Positions 1-10,072 are shown, numbered from the stretch's first letter. The stretch is DNA of 23,295 nucleotides from Promethearchaeota archaeon Loki_b31 (GCA_005222975.1 NJBI01000052.1:1-23295); one strand, 5' to 3'. A program made the numbers and translations. Notes: a model not told the origin generated them from the letters alone.

Positions 1-352
1 AACAATAAGGCGCACGTGGAGAATTAGAGAAAAAGATACGGGAAACTTTACCCAATTTAAAGATAATCTGACTCAACTAGAGAGACCCTAATCTATTTTG
101 TCGAGTGAGTGGGGTTTGACATTAAAGAAAAAAAAGAGAAAAAATATAGTTTCTCATTAAGAGAACCTTATGGTACTATTCCTCCACTTTGTGGCATATC
201 CTTTTTCACCCAAATAATTCTTTTAAAAATACTTTTAATAATATACATTACTTAACATGATGAATTTATAATGGATTTATAAAAGGATCACTATTTTTTA
301 TTGAAAGAAGAAAATATCTCTAGAATAGAACTAAATTTTCATAGCTTATTAT

Positions 353-1075
353 TTAGTTTTTCCAACATTTTAATAACAAATAAGTTCTAAAGCTAACCCA
401 GAGAATTTTAATTAAATGCATGAAAGGATTCCTGATTAACCTTGATTGACCATATCTTCTTTTCGAACATTGGACCGGAATTTGTTTTATTTTGTACCCA
501 TGTTAGCTCGCTATTATAAACATTTCTTGAGCGTAATTGTACTTACCTATAATTTCTTTCACAAGAACAGTAGCTATCGATCCATTAAACGCCCTAAAAG
601 AGGATTGTATGTCGTAAACTTCTGCCAGTCTTAATAATATCTTGGACAAAAAGATCGAAATAAACTTGTTTCCTAATTTCTTTATTGACGAACTTTCGTA
701 TCTCTCGCCAGCCAAAAATCGGTTTCCTTGCACTAAATCGGCTTCGTCTCGTAATATTGGAGAAATCAACTTATTTATGTGTTTAAGGTTATATTGACCG
801 TCGCCGTCTAACACCACTACAATATCTGCGCCTTCTTTTAACACTTCTACTAATCCAATTTTAAAGGAATAACCCAAACCTAAGTTCTTTTTATTCGATA
901 TTACTATTGCACCTGCTTTTTTTGCGGTTGCTGAAGTGTTATCTGTACTACCATCGTTAATAACAATAACTTTCTGATTAATGTTTGGGAACGAGGGCAT
1001 TTCCTTAATCAATTTAAAAATGCTTTTTTCTTCGTTATAAGCAGGGACGAAAATAATTAAATTTTTAATCGTCAT
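353..1075 (-). pseudogene. GT2 family (DPM1-like) glycosyltransferase with one internal in-frame TAA (503-505)
   Basis: Motifs VPAYNEE, VINDGSTD, LDGDGQY, VQGNRF, DIQSSFRAF. Past the TAA at codon 191 the same frame continues HGYKIKQIPVQCSKRRYGQSRLIRNPFMHLIKILWVSFRTYLLLKCWKN to TAA at 353-355, which is a typical GT2 C-terminus. Confidence 0.8.
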
Positions 1076-1101
1076 CTTAAAAAAGATTGTAAGTAAAAGA
1101 A

Positions 1102-3702
1102 TTATTTAAAAAAGAACAAGGATAAATTTAAATCCTCGTAATCTTCTTTAAGTTCAGGACTTTCTTTAATGTCCTTTTCTTTTTTGCTTTCAATAATTTC
1201 AAAGTTTTTTATTCTAATTGTGTTAATAATGTCAGCTTTTACATTTTCAATCTCGTTTATCGTATTTTTATTAGTGGAAATAATAATTCTTTCTACTTCT
1301 TGATTTAACGGTATTTTAAGCTTAGATTTGCAATTTCTAAGAATTTTGATAATTTCAATTGCTAATTTTCCGCGCTTCGCTAACTCCTCAGAAACATTAT
1401 CGTACGGCCGAGACCATGCTTCTAAATGAATCGATTTCAACTCTATATAATTTTGATAGAGAATTGAGTAAATTTCTTCTGTAATAAAAGGCATTGTAAA
1501 GGCGAATGTGGTTAAAATTTTGTAAAATAAACTCAGGGCATTTTTTAATGCGTTTTGTGCGATATTTTTATCTTTAGAATAGAATTTATGTTTTATTGCT
1601 TCTATGTAATTATCGCAGAGTTCGTTCCAGAAAAAAACTCGTAATACCATAAAAGCTTCGTGCCAATTATATCCGTCGAAATGTTTTGTAGCTTCTTTTA
1701 AAGCTTTATTAAATTCAAAAAAATAATAACTTTCAATTTCAGATAATTCGCTATCTTTGATCTGTAAATTTGGAACCTCGATGTTTCTTAAATTAAGGAA
1801 CAAAAATCTGTATGCGTTCCACATCTTAGTGATAAATCGCGATGCTCCAATTAGTTGCTCGAAATTTCTGCGATATTTTTTGTTAAATTTGTCTTCTGGG
1901 AGGTTTTTTCTTTCTTTTTCGATGTTTTCGTTTGAAATCGGCTGTTTTGTATGAATATTTATCCAAGTAAATTCAAAAGGATAATCGTCTCCTAGTGATC
2001 CCATCGCCGCCCATTGTCTAACCGCATCGGCACCAAATTTGGGCATAACTTCATCCGGTGAAATAGAATTTCCAAGGCTTTTTGACATATGTCTTCCATC
2101 TGGACCTGAAACCATACCATTAATCATTGCTTCGTAAAAAGGGGCTTTTCCTGTTAATATTTTGCACCGAAATAGCGTATAAAACAACCATGTCCGTATT
2201 ATTTCGTAACCCTGAGGTCGATGAACTTTAGCTTCTAAATAGGCTTTTTTAAAGAAATCATCATCGTCTAACCATTTGGACATGGCAAGGGGAGATATGC
2301 TAGAATCAATCCAGCAATCGCAGACATCTTTTTCGCCAATGATATCAGTACTACCACATTTAGGGCATTTTTCAAATGGTGGAGGAATTTTAATTGGATC
2401 TATTGGTAAATCTTCTTTTTTTGGAGGAAAAATCTCATTGCATTCACAACAATACCAAAAAGGAATCGGTGTTCCGAATACGCGTTGCCGGGAAATTACC
2501 CAATTCCATTCTAAACCATTTGCCCAATCCAATAATCGTAATTTATGTTTTTTAGGATACCACTTCATTAAATCAGCAGATTCTATAATCTCTTGAGTAA
2601 AGTCCTTAACATTAATAAACCACTGATAAATTGGTAGATATTCTATTGGAGTTCGACAAGACGACCGTTCTGAATGGATTATTATGCTGTATTCATAGTC
2701 ATCAATTTTTTCTATCAATTTTAGCTCTTCAAGATCCTTTACTATTTGTTTTCGAGCTTCCATAATTGAAAGTCCCTTGTATTTAGAATTTTCGTTCATA
2801 CGACCGTTTTCAGTAAATATTTGAATTTCGTTAAGGTCATATTCTAATTTCCATTTGATGTCCATTTCATCTCCGTAAGTACAAACATAAACCACTCCTG
2901 TTCCAAAATTCATATCAACATTTTCGTTCATATAAATGCGAACATTTCGGTTAGCAATAGGAAGTCTTACTTCTGCTGCAGAAAGATCGTAGTATCTATC
3001 ATCGTTTGGATTAATAAGAACGGCAACACAAGCCTCTATATACTCTGGTCGTGTTGTAGCTATGGTAACATACTCGTTTTCTCTTCCCACTACGGATAAT
3101 TTTATATACCATAACTTTCCTGTTTCTTCCTTATAACCTACTTCTGCTTTCGCTACTGAAGTCTCACAGTTAACGCAGAAATGCGTTGGGAACTTCTCTC
3201 TGTAAAGTAATCCCTTTTCGTAAAAATTCAAAAGTGAAATTTGGACTTTTCGTTTATATTCCTCGTCCATAGTGCGATAAGTATATCTCCAATCTGTGGA
3301 ATATCCTAACTCATCCAACTGTTTTGTCATATTTTTTATATTGTTATCGACCCATTCAACGCATTTTTTTAAGAATTCCTCTCGGTCATCCTTAGAAACG
3401 CCATAATTTTTTGCCACCGCTAATTCTACTGGAAGACCATGACAATCAAAACCTTGAGGAAAATAAACATTTTCGCCCTTCATTTTATGATATCGCGCTA
3501 CAAAATCGATCCACGAATGATTCAAAATGTGTCCCATATGTAACGAACCACTTACGAAAGGAGGAGGAGTGTCAATAGAAAAAAGAGTGCCTTTTTGATC
3601 GATGTCAAAATCGTAAATTTTTTCTTCTCGCCAATATTGTATCCACTTTTTTTGAATATCGTTGAATTTAAATCTTTTTGGGTACTCAGTCTCTTGCGCC
3701 AT
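1102..3702 (-). CDS. valS: Valine--tRNA ligase (archaeal type)
   Basis: IDTPPPFVSGSLHMGH (HIGH motif), GFDCHGLP, IATTRPE, WVISRQRVFGTPIP, HMSKSLGN (KMSKS), FWNELCDNYIE; no bacterial C-terminal coiled coil. Confidence 0.96.
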   Translation of the reverse strand: MAQETEYPKRFKFNDIQKKWIQYWREEKIYDFDIDQKGTLFSIDTPPPFVSGSLHMGHILNHSWIDFVARYHKMKGENVYFPQGFDCHGLPVELAVAKNYGVSKDDREEFLKKCVEWVDNNIKNMTKQLDELGYSTDWRYTYRTMDEEYKRKVQISLLNFYEKGLLYREKFPTHFCVNCETSVAKAEVGYKEETGKLWYIKLSVVGRENEYVTIATTRPEYIEACVAVLINPNDDRYYDLSAAEVRLPIANRNVRIYMNENVDMNFGTGVVYVCTYGDEMDIKWKLEYDLNEIQIFTENGRMNENSKYKGLSIMEARKQIVKDLEELKLIEKIDDYEYSIIIHSERSSCRTPIEYLPIYQWFINVKDFTQEIIESADLMKWYPKKHKLRLLDWANGLEWNWVISRQRVFGTPIPFWYCCECNEIFPPKKEDLPIDPIKIPPPFEKCPKCGSTDIIGEKDVCDCWIDSSISPLAMSKWLDDDDFFKKAYLEAKVHRPQGYEIIRTWLFYTLFRCKILTGKAPFYEAMINGMVSGPDGRHMSKSLGNSISPDEVMPKFGADAVRQWAAMGSLGDDYPFEFTWINIHTKQPISNENIEKERKNLPEDKFNKKYRRNFEQLIGASRFITKMWNAYRFLFLNLRNIEVPNLQIKDSELSEIESYYFFEFNKALKEATKHFDGYNWHEAFMVLRVFFWNELCDNYIEAIKHKFYSKDKNIAQNALKNALSLFYKILTTFAFTMPFITEEIYSILYQNYIELKSIHLEAWSRPYDNVSEELAKRGKLAIEIIKILRNCKSKLKIPLNQEVERIIISTNKNTINEIENVKADIINTIRIKNFEIIESKKEKDIKESPELKEDYEDLNLSLFFFK

Positions 3703-3738
3703 TTACATACCTTTTTAGATAGTTATTTAATGTAATAG

Positions 3739-3810
3739 TGGACCTGACGGGAATTGAACCCGTGCCCTCTTACATGCGAAGCAAGCGATCTGCGACTGAT
3801 CTACAGGCCC
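3739..3810 (-). tRNA. tRNA-Ala (anticodon CGC), intronless, CCA not encoded
   Basis: Minus strand GGGCCTG TA GATC AGTCGCA GATC G CTTGC TTCGCAT GTAAG AGGGC ACGGG TTCAATT CCCGT CAGGTCC A folds as a cloverleaf with the G3:U70 Ala identity pair and discriminator A. Confidence 0.95.
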
Positions 3811-3911
3811 ATTTTTACTTTTAAATATTTAGATACAATAAAAAAACAATAATAACTAAAAATTTTTTTGATTTTTCTTCAAAAAATCATATAAATTACA
3901 TTTGAATGCAA

Positions 3912-6290
3912 TTAAAACTCCGTTCGACCAATAATCTCGTCTTGTGCGGATTTAGATAATTCTGTAAACAATACGGAATAACCAGCGATCCGTACAACTA
4001 AGCCTTGATATTCCTTTGGGTTTATTTGAGCATCACATAGAGTTTCTTTTCCAACTACATTAAATTGGATGTGATAACCTCCATTTTCTTCAAAATAGGT
4101 TCTAATGAGTGGAAGGAACAATTCTATCTTTAGAGTGTTTGGATGAAAAGCTAATATTACTGAATTTCCATTTGTTATTAACTCATTATCTAGCTTCATA
4201 ATTGAATTAAGTATCGCGGTTGGACCATTTTTATCCATTCCGTTGGTTGGACCAACTCCATTTGATAATGGTTCTCTAGCTTTTCTTCCATCAGCGGAGG
4301 CTGCTGTAAAAACTCCAAATGCCAAGTGAAAAGCTGTAGAATAAATTCCTGGATGATACTTTCCGCCTCTATAATTCTTATATTTAAGAATTTCCTTACA
4401 GAATAAATCTGCTACGTCGCGAGCTATAATATCGACATAATCGTTATCGTTTCCAAACTTAGGGACTCTATTAATAAAGATTTGTCTTATCTCTTCTCCC
4501 TTTTTCCCATTATAAGTACCCCGGTAATTCTTTGATAATATCTTGATTAACTCTTCTAAAGAGAATAATTTTTCCTCGTAGACCATTTTTTTAATTACAG
4601 CAAGAGAATCGGCAACCGTAGATAAACCAATCAGTTGAGTCGTAGTAAAATCATATTTAGCGCCTCCATTTGTGATATCACAACCCCGTTCAATGCAATC
4701 ATCTATAGTTGCGGATAAAAAGGGTTGCGGATTGAGCTCAGCAATAGCTTTTTCAAGGAAAGTCATTGTTTCTACCAAATTTTTAGTAAAAAAGCTAAGT
4801 TGGTTCGAAAATTCGTCCAATAAATCTTGGTATGAAGAGAGCTTTTTTGTGTTTTCAATGCCATATGGCTTTCTTGTAAACATATCTGTCCCATTGTTCA
4901 GGGTTAACTCTAAACACTTCACAATATTTAACTGAGTAGCGTTTGTACATCCAAATGACTTGTAAGTATGTGTTGGTTCTACACACCCTATTGGCGCATA
5001 CCCACGCGCATCTTCTAGAGTATAACCAAGGTTGTTAAGACCTGGAATCATAACAACATCGTTGAACAATGCAATACTTGCTCCAGATTTAATAGCTTCT
5101 CCTGTTTTTACAAGCAAATCATCTGGAGATTTATTATGAATGCGGACGGAAAAAGTAGGTTGAACTGTTTTTAGCTTTTTATAAGAATCTAAGAATAGAT
5201 AAGACAATTGATTAGTAGCGTCGTTTCCATCCTCATCAACGCCTCCTATAGTCATATTTGCTGTGAGTGGCGGACCTTCTGCAGCTATAATTCCTTTATG
5301 AAGGACATAATTCCATAGAGTTGTAAGCTTCAAGTAAAAACATTCAATTAAAAATTGTACTTCTTCGTCAGTTATAGTCCCTTTTTTTTTATCATCTAAA
5401 TAAAAAGGATAGAGAACTTGATCAATGCGTCCTATACTAATAGCAAAGCCTCCATCTTCGAGACCAGCAATAACGTGAGTGAAATACAATAATTGAAAGG
5501 CTTCTTTAAATGAGGATGGTGGGTTACCAGAGATATTAGAACAAATTTCAGCAATTTCATAAAGTTCTTTTTTTCTATTACTATTGCCTTCTTTTTCTGC
5601 TAATTCAGTTGCCAATATTGAGAATCTTTGAATAAATTCTTTAGAACCATCTAAAACAATAATAACTGACTCCAAAAAGTTCATTTTCTTTTGATCTTTT
5701 GAAAATTCTTTCATCTTTTCTCTCGCTTTTTGAATTAAGCCGTTAAATCCCACTTTTAAGACATTATGATGTCCTGGGAAGAAATGCCCCGTCCCGTTAG
5801 TTATGTTTGTATCCACGATATAGAGTAGATTTAGCATGAGATCGGTTAATTTGGGACTTAAATAAGAGTCAAATCTGGATTTGGTAGTCTCTTCTTCGTT
5901 TTTCCAATATGGTATAATTTCTTCGATTATGATTTGTTTATCGTCATCTGAAAGTAATAGCCGTTGAGTTTCTCGATTGTTATAGAGGTTAATATCTTGC
6001 TCAATTGTATCAACGCGTACTTCAGGATATAAGGGCGTTCCAACAAATTTAGTGCATCGATTTCCAACAATGAATTCGTCGTTCCATATTTTTATTGTCA
6101 TATTTGTAAAAAGATGGTGCATAGCTTTCGCAAATCTTATGTTTGGAGCCTCGCCCTTTGTACTTTTATAAGATTCCGTGAAAAGCTTAGCTCTTTCTAT
6201 GCAGAGTTCGTGTGGCTGTAAAACCACTCTATTTTTCAATCGTGAAATTCGATCTTCATAACCCGGAGGAGAAATTTGTTCTATTTGCAT
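3912..6290 (-). CDS. Glycyl radical enzyme, PFL2/dehydratase-eliminase-like (single Cys GCVEP), substrate unknown
   Basis: N-terminal CIERAKLFTESYK, SIGRIDQVLYPFY, Cys loop YAPIGCVEP, KFGNDNDYVD, SADGRKAREPLSNG, C-terminal HIQFNVV and LVVRIAGYS glycyl motif. ATG at 6290 is preferred; the ORF track uses TTG at 6302. Confidence 0.92.
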   Translation of the reverse strand: MQIEQISPPGYEDRISRLKNRVVLQPHELCIERAKLFTESYKSTKGEAPNIRFAKAMHHLFTNMTIKIWNDEFIVGNRCTKFVGTPLYPEVRVDTIEQDINLYNNRETQRLLLSDDDKQIIIEEIIPYWKNEEETTKSRFDSYLSPKLTDLMLNLLYIVDTNITNGTGHFFPGHHNVLKVGFNGLIQKAREKMKEFSKDQKKMNFLESVIIVLDGSKEFIQRFSILATELAEKEGNSNRKKELYEIAEICSNISGNPPSSFKEAFQLLYFTHVIAGLEDGGFAISIGRIDQVLYPFYLDDKKKGTITDEEVQFLIECFYLKLTTLWNYVLHKGIIAAEGPPLTANMTIGGVDEDGNDATNQLSYLFLDSYKKLKTVQPTFSVRIHNKSPDDLLVKTGEAIKSGASIALFNDVVMIPGLNNLGYTLEDARGYAPIGCVEPTHTYKSFGCTNATQLNIVKCLELTLNNGTDMFTRKPYGIENTKKLSSYQDLLDEFSNQLSFFTKNLVETMTFLEKAIAELNPQPFLSATIDDCIERGCDITNGGAKYDFTTTQLIGLSTVADSLAVIKKMVYEEKLFSLEELIKILSKNYRGTYNGKKGEEIRQIFINRVPKFGNDNDYVDIIARDVADLFCKEILKYKNYRGGKYHPGIYSTAFHLAFGVFTAASADGRKAREPLSNGVGPTNGMDKNGPTAILNSIMKLDNELITNGNSVILAFHPNTLKIELFLPLIRTYFEENGGYHIQFNVVGKETLCDAQINPKEYQGLVVRIAGYSVLFTELSKSAQDEIIGRTEF

Positions 6291-6613
6291 TGTTATTCCC
6301 AAAAAATTGTAATTTTTGATTAATTTTTAATTAAAATATCATTACTTTAATTTTTATTATAATTTTAAAACTAAATAAAAGTTGTTATGAGTTATTATAA
6401 AATTTTTAAAAACCTTTAACCTTAAATTGGTGCTCTTTCTAAGACTATCATATATTTACCTTTCTTTTTTAAAAACAAATAGACTTCTATTTTAATTTTA
6501 TTACTTATTTATAATCCTTTTATCTTATTATATTCAAAGTTAAAAATTACCAAATACTTATTATTTACAAAAAGAAAGACTTTGAATAGTCATCTTTAAT
6601 CAGAGAAAATAAA

Positions 6614-7555
6614 ATGATTAATAAAGAAAGATTCGAGGAGTTATTTCAACAACAACTTATAAAAGATATATCCCAAGAACCAATTGATATTGTTTTATCA
6701 GGACAATATGGTAAAGCACTGGAATTACTTAGAGATGCCGAGGCAACAGGATTGTTTCCAGCTCTTGTTGGACCGCCTGGAGTAGGAAAAACAATTTTGT
6801 GTAGATATTTTGCTAGTTTAAGAGCTAAAGAAAAAAAAAATAAGAGCTTTTTCTGGCTCACCATGGACGAAAGCATAAAACCTTCGCATTTTATAGGAAG
6901 TTTCGATCCTGCTATTACTCTAAAAAAGGGATTTGTGTTAGAAGCTTTTAATCCCGGCCCACTTTTGAGCGCAATGTTAGAAGGTGGAACTTTTTTAGCA
7001 AATGAAATAAATCGAGCTACTGAATACTCGCAAAATACTTTATTAGAACCTTTAGAGGAAGAATCGATTAATATACCGCACTTGGGTCGAATAAAAGCTA
7101 GCAAGGATTTCTTCTTTATTTCTGCTATGAATCCGGAAGAGCTTTCGGGCACCCATCGTTTATCTGAGGCTTTAAAGGATAGAATTAAGATCTGGATTAA
7201 ACTGACATACCCTGATAAAGCGACTGAGCTCGAGATTATAAGAATAAATTTGCCGGAACATTTTGTTATCGAAGAGTCTGAATTAGAATTAATCTATTCA
7301 ATAATAAACGAAACGAGAAAGAATAAAATAGATATTGAAGTACCAGCGTCAATTCGAGCCGGAATTGCGATAGCAAAGTTATTGGCTCGAAGACGATCTT
7401 TAGAAAAAGAAGGAAAAATAAAAGAAAAAACTTCAACTTACGAATATCTTTCAGAAATCACTCGTCACGTTTTACTAGGAAGTATGAAACCAAAACCTGG
7501 TACAAAAGTTGAAAATATTATTGAAAGTATTATTCATAAAACTTTAGGTGCGTAG
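6614..7555 (+). CDS. MoxR/CbbQ-like AAA+ ATPase
   Basis: Walker A GPPGVGKT, FNPGPL, Walker B variant FLANEINRA, QNTLLEPLEE, sensor I AMNPEE, LSEALKDR, lid ASIRAGIAIAK. Confidence 0.9.
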   Translation: MINKERFEELFQQQLIKDISQEPIDIVLSGQYGKALELLRDAEATGLFPALVGPPGVGKTILCRYFASLRAKEKKNKSFFWLTMDESIKPSHFIGSFDPAITLKKGFVLEAFNPGPLLSAMLEGGTFLANEINRATEYSQNTLLEPLEEESINIPHLGRIKASKDFFFISAMNPEELSGTHRLSEALKDRIKIWIKLTYPDKATELEIIRINLPEHFVIEESELELIYSIINETRKNKIDIEVPASIRAGIAIAKLLARRRSLEKEGKIKEKTSTYEYLSEITRHVLLGSMKPKPGTKVENIIESIIHKTLGA

Positions 7556-7573
7556 GGGGTAAGAAGTTATTTT

Positions 7574-10072
7574 ATGGCAGTTTTTCCTGAAAATCCTTGC
7601 GAATTTGCTGTAGATTTCATTAGAAGAATGAGGTCTCATGCCGACATTATCCAAATTCCATCATCACGTCAAGTTTTATCAATTCCAAAATTAATTTTAT
7701 CAAGGTATTATCGAAAGGGCTTTGTGACACCTAACGATTACATAGAAATAAGTACCGTAACTTCGTTTCCGGACAATCAGGAATTAGCAAAAGATATTGC
7801 TTTTCAAATTCTCTTTCCAAATTACAAAAAAGATATTATTAACTCGTTTTTTCAGAGCGAAGATACAGTTGATAAATATATTGAAGATTTTGTAGAATCC
7901 GAGATGAAGTCTGAATTAGATCAACTTCAAGAGATTATAGACGAAATTGAGGCGACAAAATCAATAGATACAGATGCGATTCAAGAATTAGAAGAATTTC
8001 TTGAAGAATTAAATTTAAGAAGGGAACAAGAACCATATAAATCAGCGCTACAGTTTTTTAACGACGACTCAGAATTGTATAAAGAAGAGATATCTTCTTT
8101 AGAAAAATTAATTCAAGAAGCCCAAAAAAGGCTCGAACAAAAAATAAATTCGTTGAGTCCTGATGATTTAAAAGCTGGCTCGAATTTAGGTTTGAACGAT
8201 TTAATTCAGCAAAATTCCTTAAGAGAATGGGAAAAACTCGCAAGTAAAGCTCTCAATGACCAAAATATTTCAGATGATTTAAAAAACCTAATTAATTCAG
8301 ATAAACTTGAGGACCTTCTAAAGACTATTAAGTTCATTAGCGAGACTTCAGACAATCAAAGCATAAAAGAACAAATCCAAAATATTAAAAATCAACTTAA
8401 AAATCAACTAAATAATTTAGATCAACTATTTAATGCCGCAAAAACTTTAGGTGAAACTCCTAAATTTGATCAAGATAAAGTATTGAATAATTCGCTAAAA
8501 CAATCTTCATTTGAGCACAATTTTAATCTTGCAGACTCGTTAGATCAATATTTTGGTACTAATTTAAGAGAGGAATTGCTTAATAAATTAAATGAGCAAA
8601 AGATAAATTCACAAATAAGTTTATCGTTAGAAACATTAACCAAAAATGCATTTGCTAATAAGTCTTGGAATTCACTCTTTAACCAAGCTTTAAAAAATGC
8701 GATAGAACAGGCAAATAGCCAAAATATTAAGTTTGAAGCATTTAAATCGCTCTCTCATCAAATACAACAATTAATGAACAGTTGCCCAAACATGCACTGT
8801 GGACAAAAAATATCTCAAAAATTACCTGATTTAATTTCGCAAACACTTGAGGCTTGTGAAACTCCTGATCAATTAAGAAACGCAACAGAATTCTTAAGAA
8901 AGATCGGATTAACCCCTGAAGCAGAAGATATTAAAAGAATTGGAAAAAAACTTGAAATGCCCGAAGAGGAAATATATGAATTAATTGAGCCAAACTATCA
9001 GTTACTTAAAAAAACGATTGAAAAGAAGGTAGCAGATTTTCAACGAATTAACAATCTAATGAATCAAATTAAAGATCAACTAAATAAAGAGAGAATCAGA
9101 GAGCTTTTAAGCAGTGCGTTAGCTTCCGACAATAGGGATGCTTTAGGCGCAATTGGTCATTTTAATTTGAATGAGGCATTAAAAGGTGCTCAGCAAATTG
9201 GGGGCAAAGAAGCACAAGATAAAGTAATTGCTTGTTTATCTGCGGGTACTGGTGAGAATCTCCTTAAACAATGGTTTATTCATAGAAATAATCTACCAGA
9301 GCAAGTTAAATTAAAGGTTAAGGAATTAGCAAAAAAAATGCTAATTGAGTTAGGAATCTATTACTCAAGAGCTCGTTTAGGCAGTGCAACGACTGGCCCC
9401 ACTCCTATTAATATTGTAAGGCCCTACACAATAGGAGACGACTTTGAAAATATAGACTTGGAGGAAACGATCTTTAACCTTTTAGAAAAAGGTAAAAAAT
9501 TAGATCATATTAATTACGATGATTTTTTTGTTTATGAGACCGCAAAAGGATTACGCTCGTTATGCTTTGAACTTGATATCAGTGGCTCGATGACAGGAGA
9601 AAAACTAGCATATATGGCAATTTGTGTGACGATGCTGGTATATGGGATGAGAAAAGATGAGATTGCTATTTCATTTTTTGAATCCGATACGCATGTTTTA
9701 AAGGAATTATCTAAAAAAGTAGATTTAGAAAAATTAGCCGATGAGTTGCTCTCTGTTTCAGCTAAGGGAGGTACGAGGCTACAAAGTGCCTTAGAATGGG
9801 CAAAAAAACAATTTAAAGAAAAATCAAGCTCCCGCGAAAAGCTGAATGTATTATTTACTGATGCTGAAATATACGACCTTCAGCAATCTATTGAAATATT
9901 AAGAATTTTCCGCTCTTTAGGAATTAATTTTATCTTAGTCTGCCCAGAATCCTCCTTTAATTTAAAAGAAGCAAAAAAAATGGTTAAAATAGCAGGAGGA
10001 CAATTATTAACTATAAAAGATTGGAACGACTTTCCAAAATTAATTTCTGATATTATAAAATCGAGATTTTAG
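7574..10072 (+). CDS. Large vWA (MIDAS) domain protein, likely partner of the MoxR ATPase
   Basis: C-terminal vWA with ELDISGSM (DxSxS), GGTRL and LFTDAE, preceded by VRPYTIGDDFENIDLEET; long acidic/helical middle; 18 bp downstream of the ATPase. Confidence 0.85.
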   Translation: MAVFPENPCEFAVDFIRRMRSHADIIQIPSSRQVLSIPKLILSRYYRKGFVTPNDYIEISTVTSFPDNQELAKDIAFQILFPNYKKDIINSFFQSEDTVDKYIEDFVESEMKSELDQLQEIIDEIEATKSIDTDAIQELEEFLEELNLRREQEPYKSALQFFNDDSELYKEEISSLEKLIQEAQKRLEQKINSLSPDDLKAGSNLGLNDLIQQNSLREWEKLASKALNDQNISDDLKNLINSDKLEDLLKTIKFISETSDNQSIKEQIQNIKNQLKNQLNNLDQLFNAAKTLGETPKFDQDKVLNNSLKQSSFEHNFNLADSLDQYFGTNLREELLNKLNEQKINSQISLSLETLTKNAFANKSWNSLFNQALKNAIEQANSQNIKFEAFKSLSHQIQQLMNSCPNMHCGQKISQKLPDLISQTLEACETPDQLRNATEFLRKIGLTPEAEDIKRIGKKLEMPEEEIYELIEPNYQLLKKTIEKKVADFQRINNLMNQIKDQLNKERIRELLSSALASDNRDALGAIGHFNLNEALKGAQQIGGKEAQDKVIACLSAGTGENLLKQWFIHRNNLPEQVKLKVKELAKKMLIELGIYYSRARLGSATTGPTPINIVRPYTIGDDFENIDLEETIFNLLEKGKKLDHINYDDFFVYETAKGLRSLCFELDISGSMTGEKLAYMAICVTMLVYGMRKDEIAISFFESDTHVLKELSKKVDLEKLADELLSVSAKGGTRLQSALEWAKKQFKEKSSSREKLNVLFTDAEIYDLQQSIEILRIFRSLGINFILVCPESSFNLKEAKKMVKIAGGQLLTIKDWNDFPKLISDIIKSRF

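Noticed and set aside
1-91. Possible 3' end of an upstream plus-strand gene
   Set aside because: Too short to assign a frame or product with confidence.
503-505. Selenocysteine or pyrrolysine recoding, or an alternative genetic code, at the GT2 stop
   Set aside because: The codon is TAA, which terminates many other genes in the window.
3739-3810. tRNA-Ala as an integration site
   Set aside because: No duplicated tRNA 3' end or integrase in the window, and valS follows directly.
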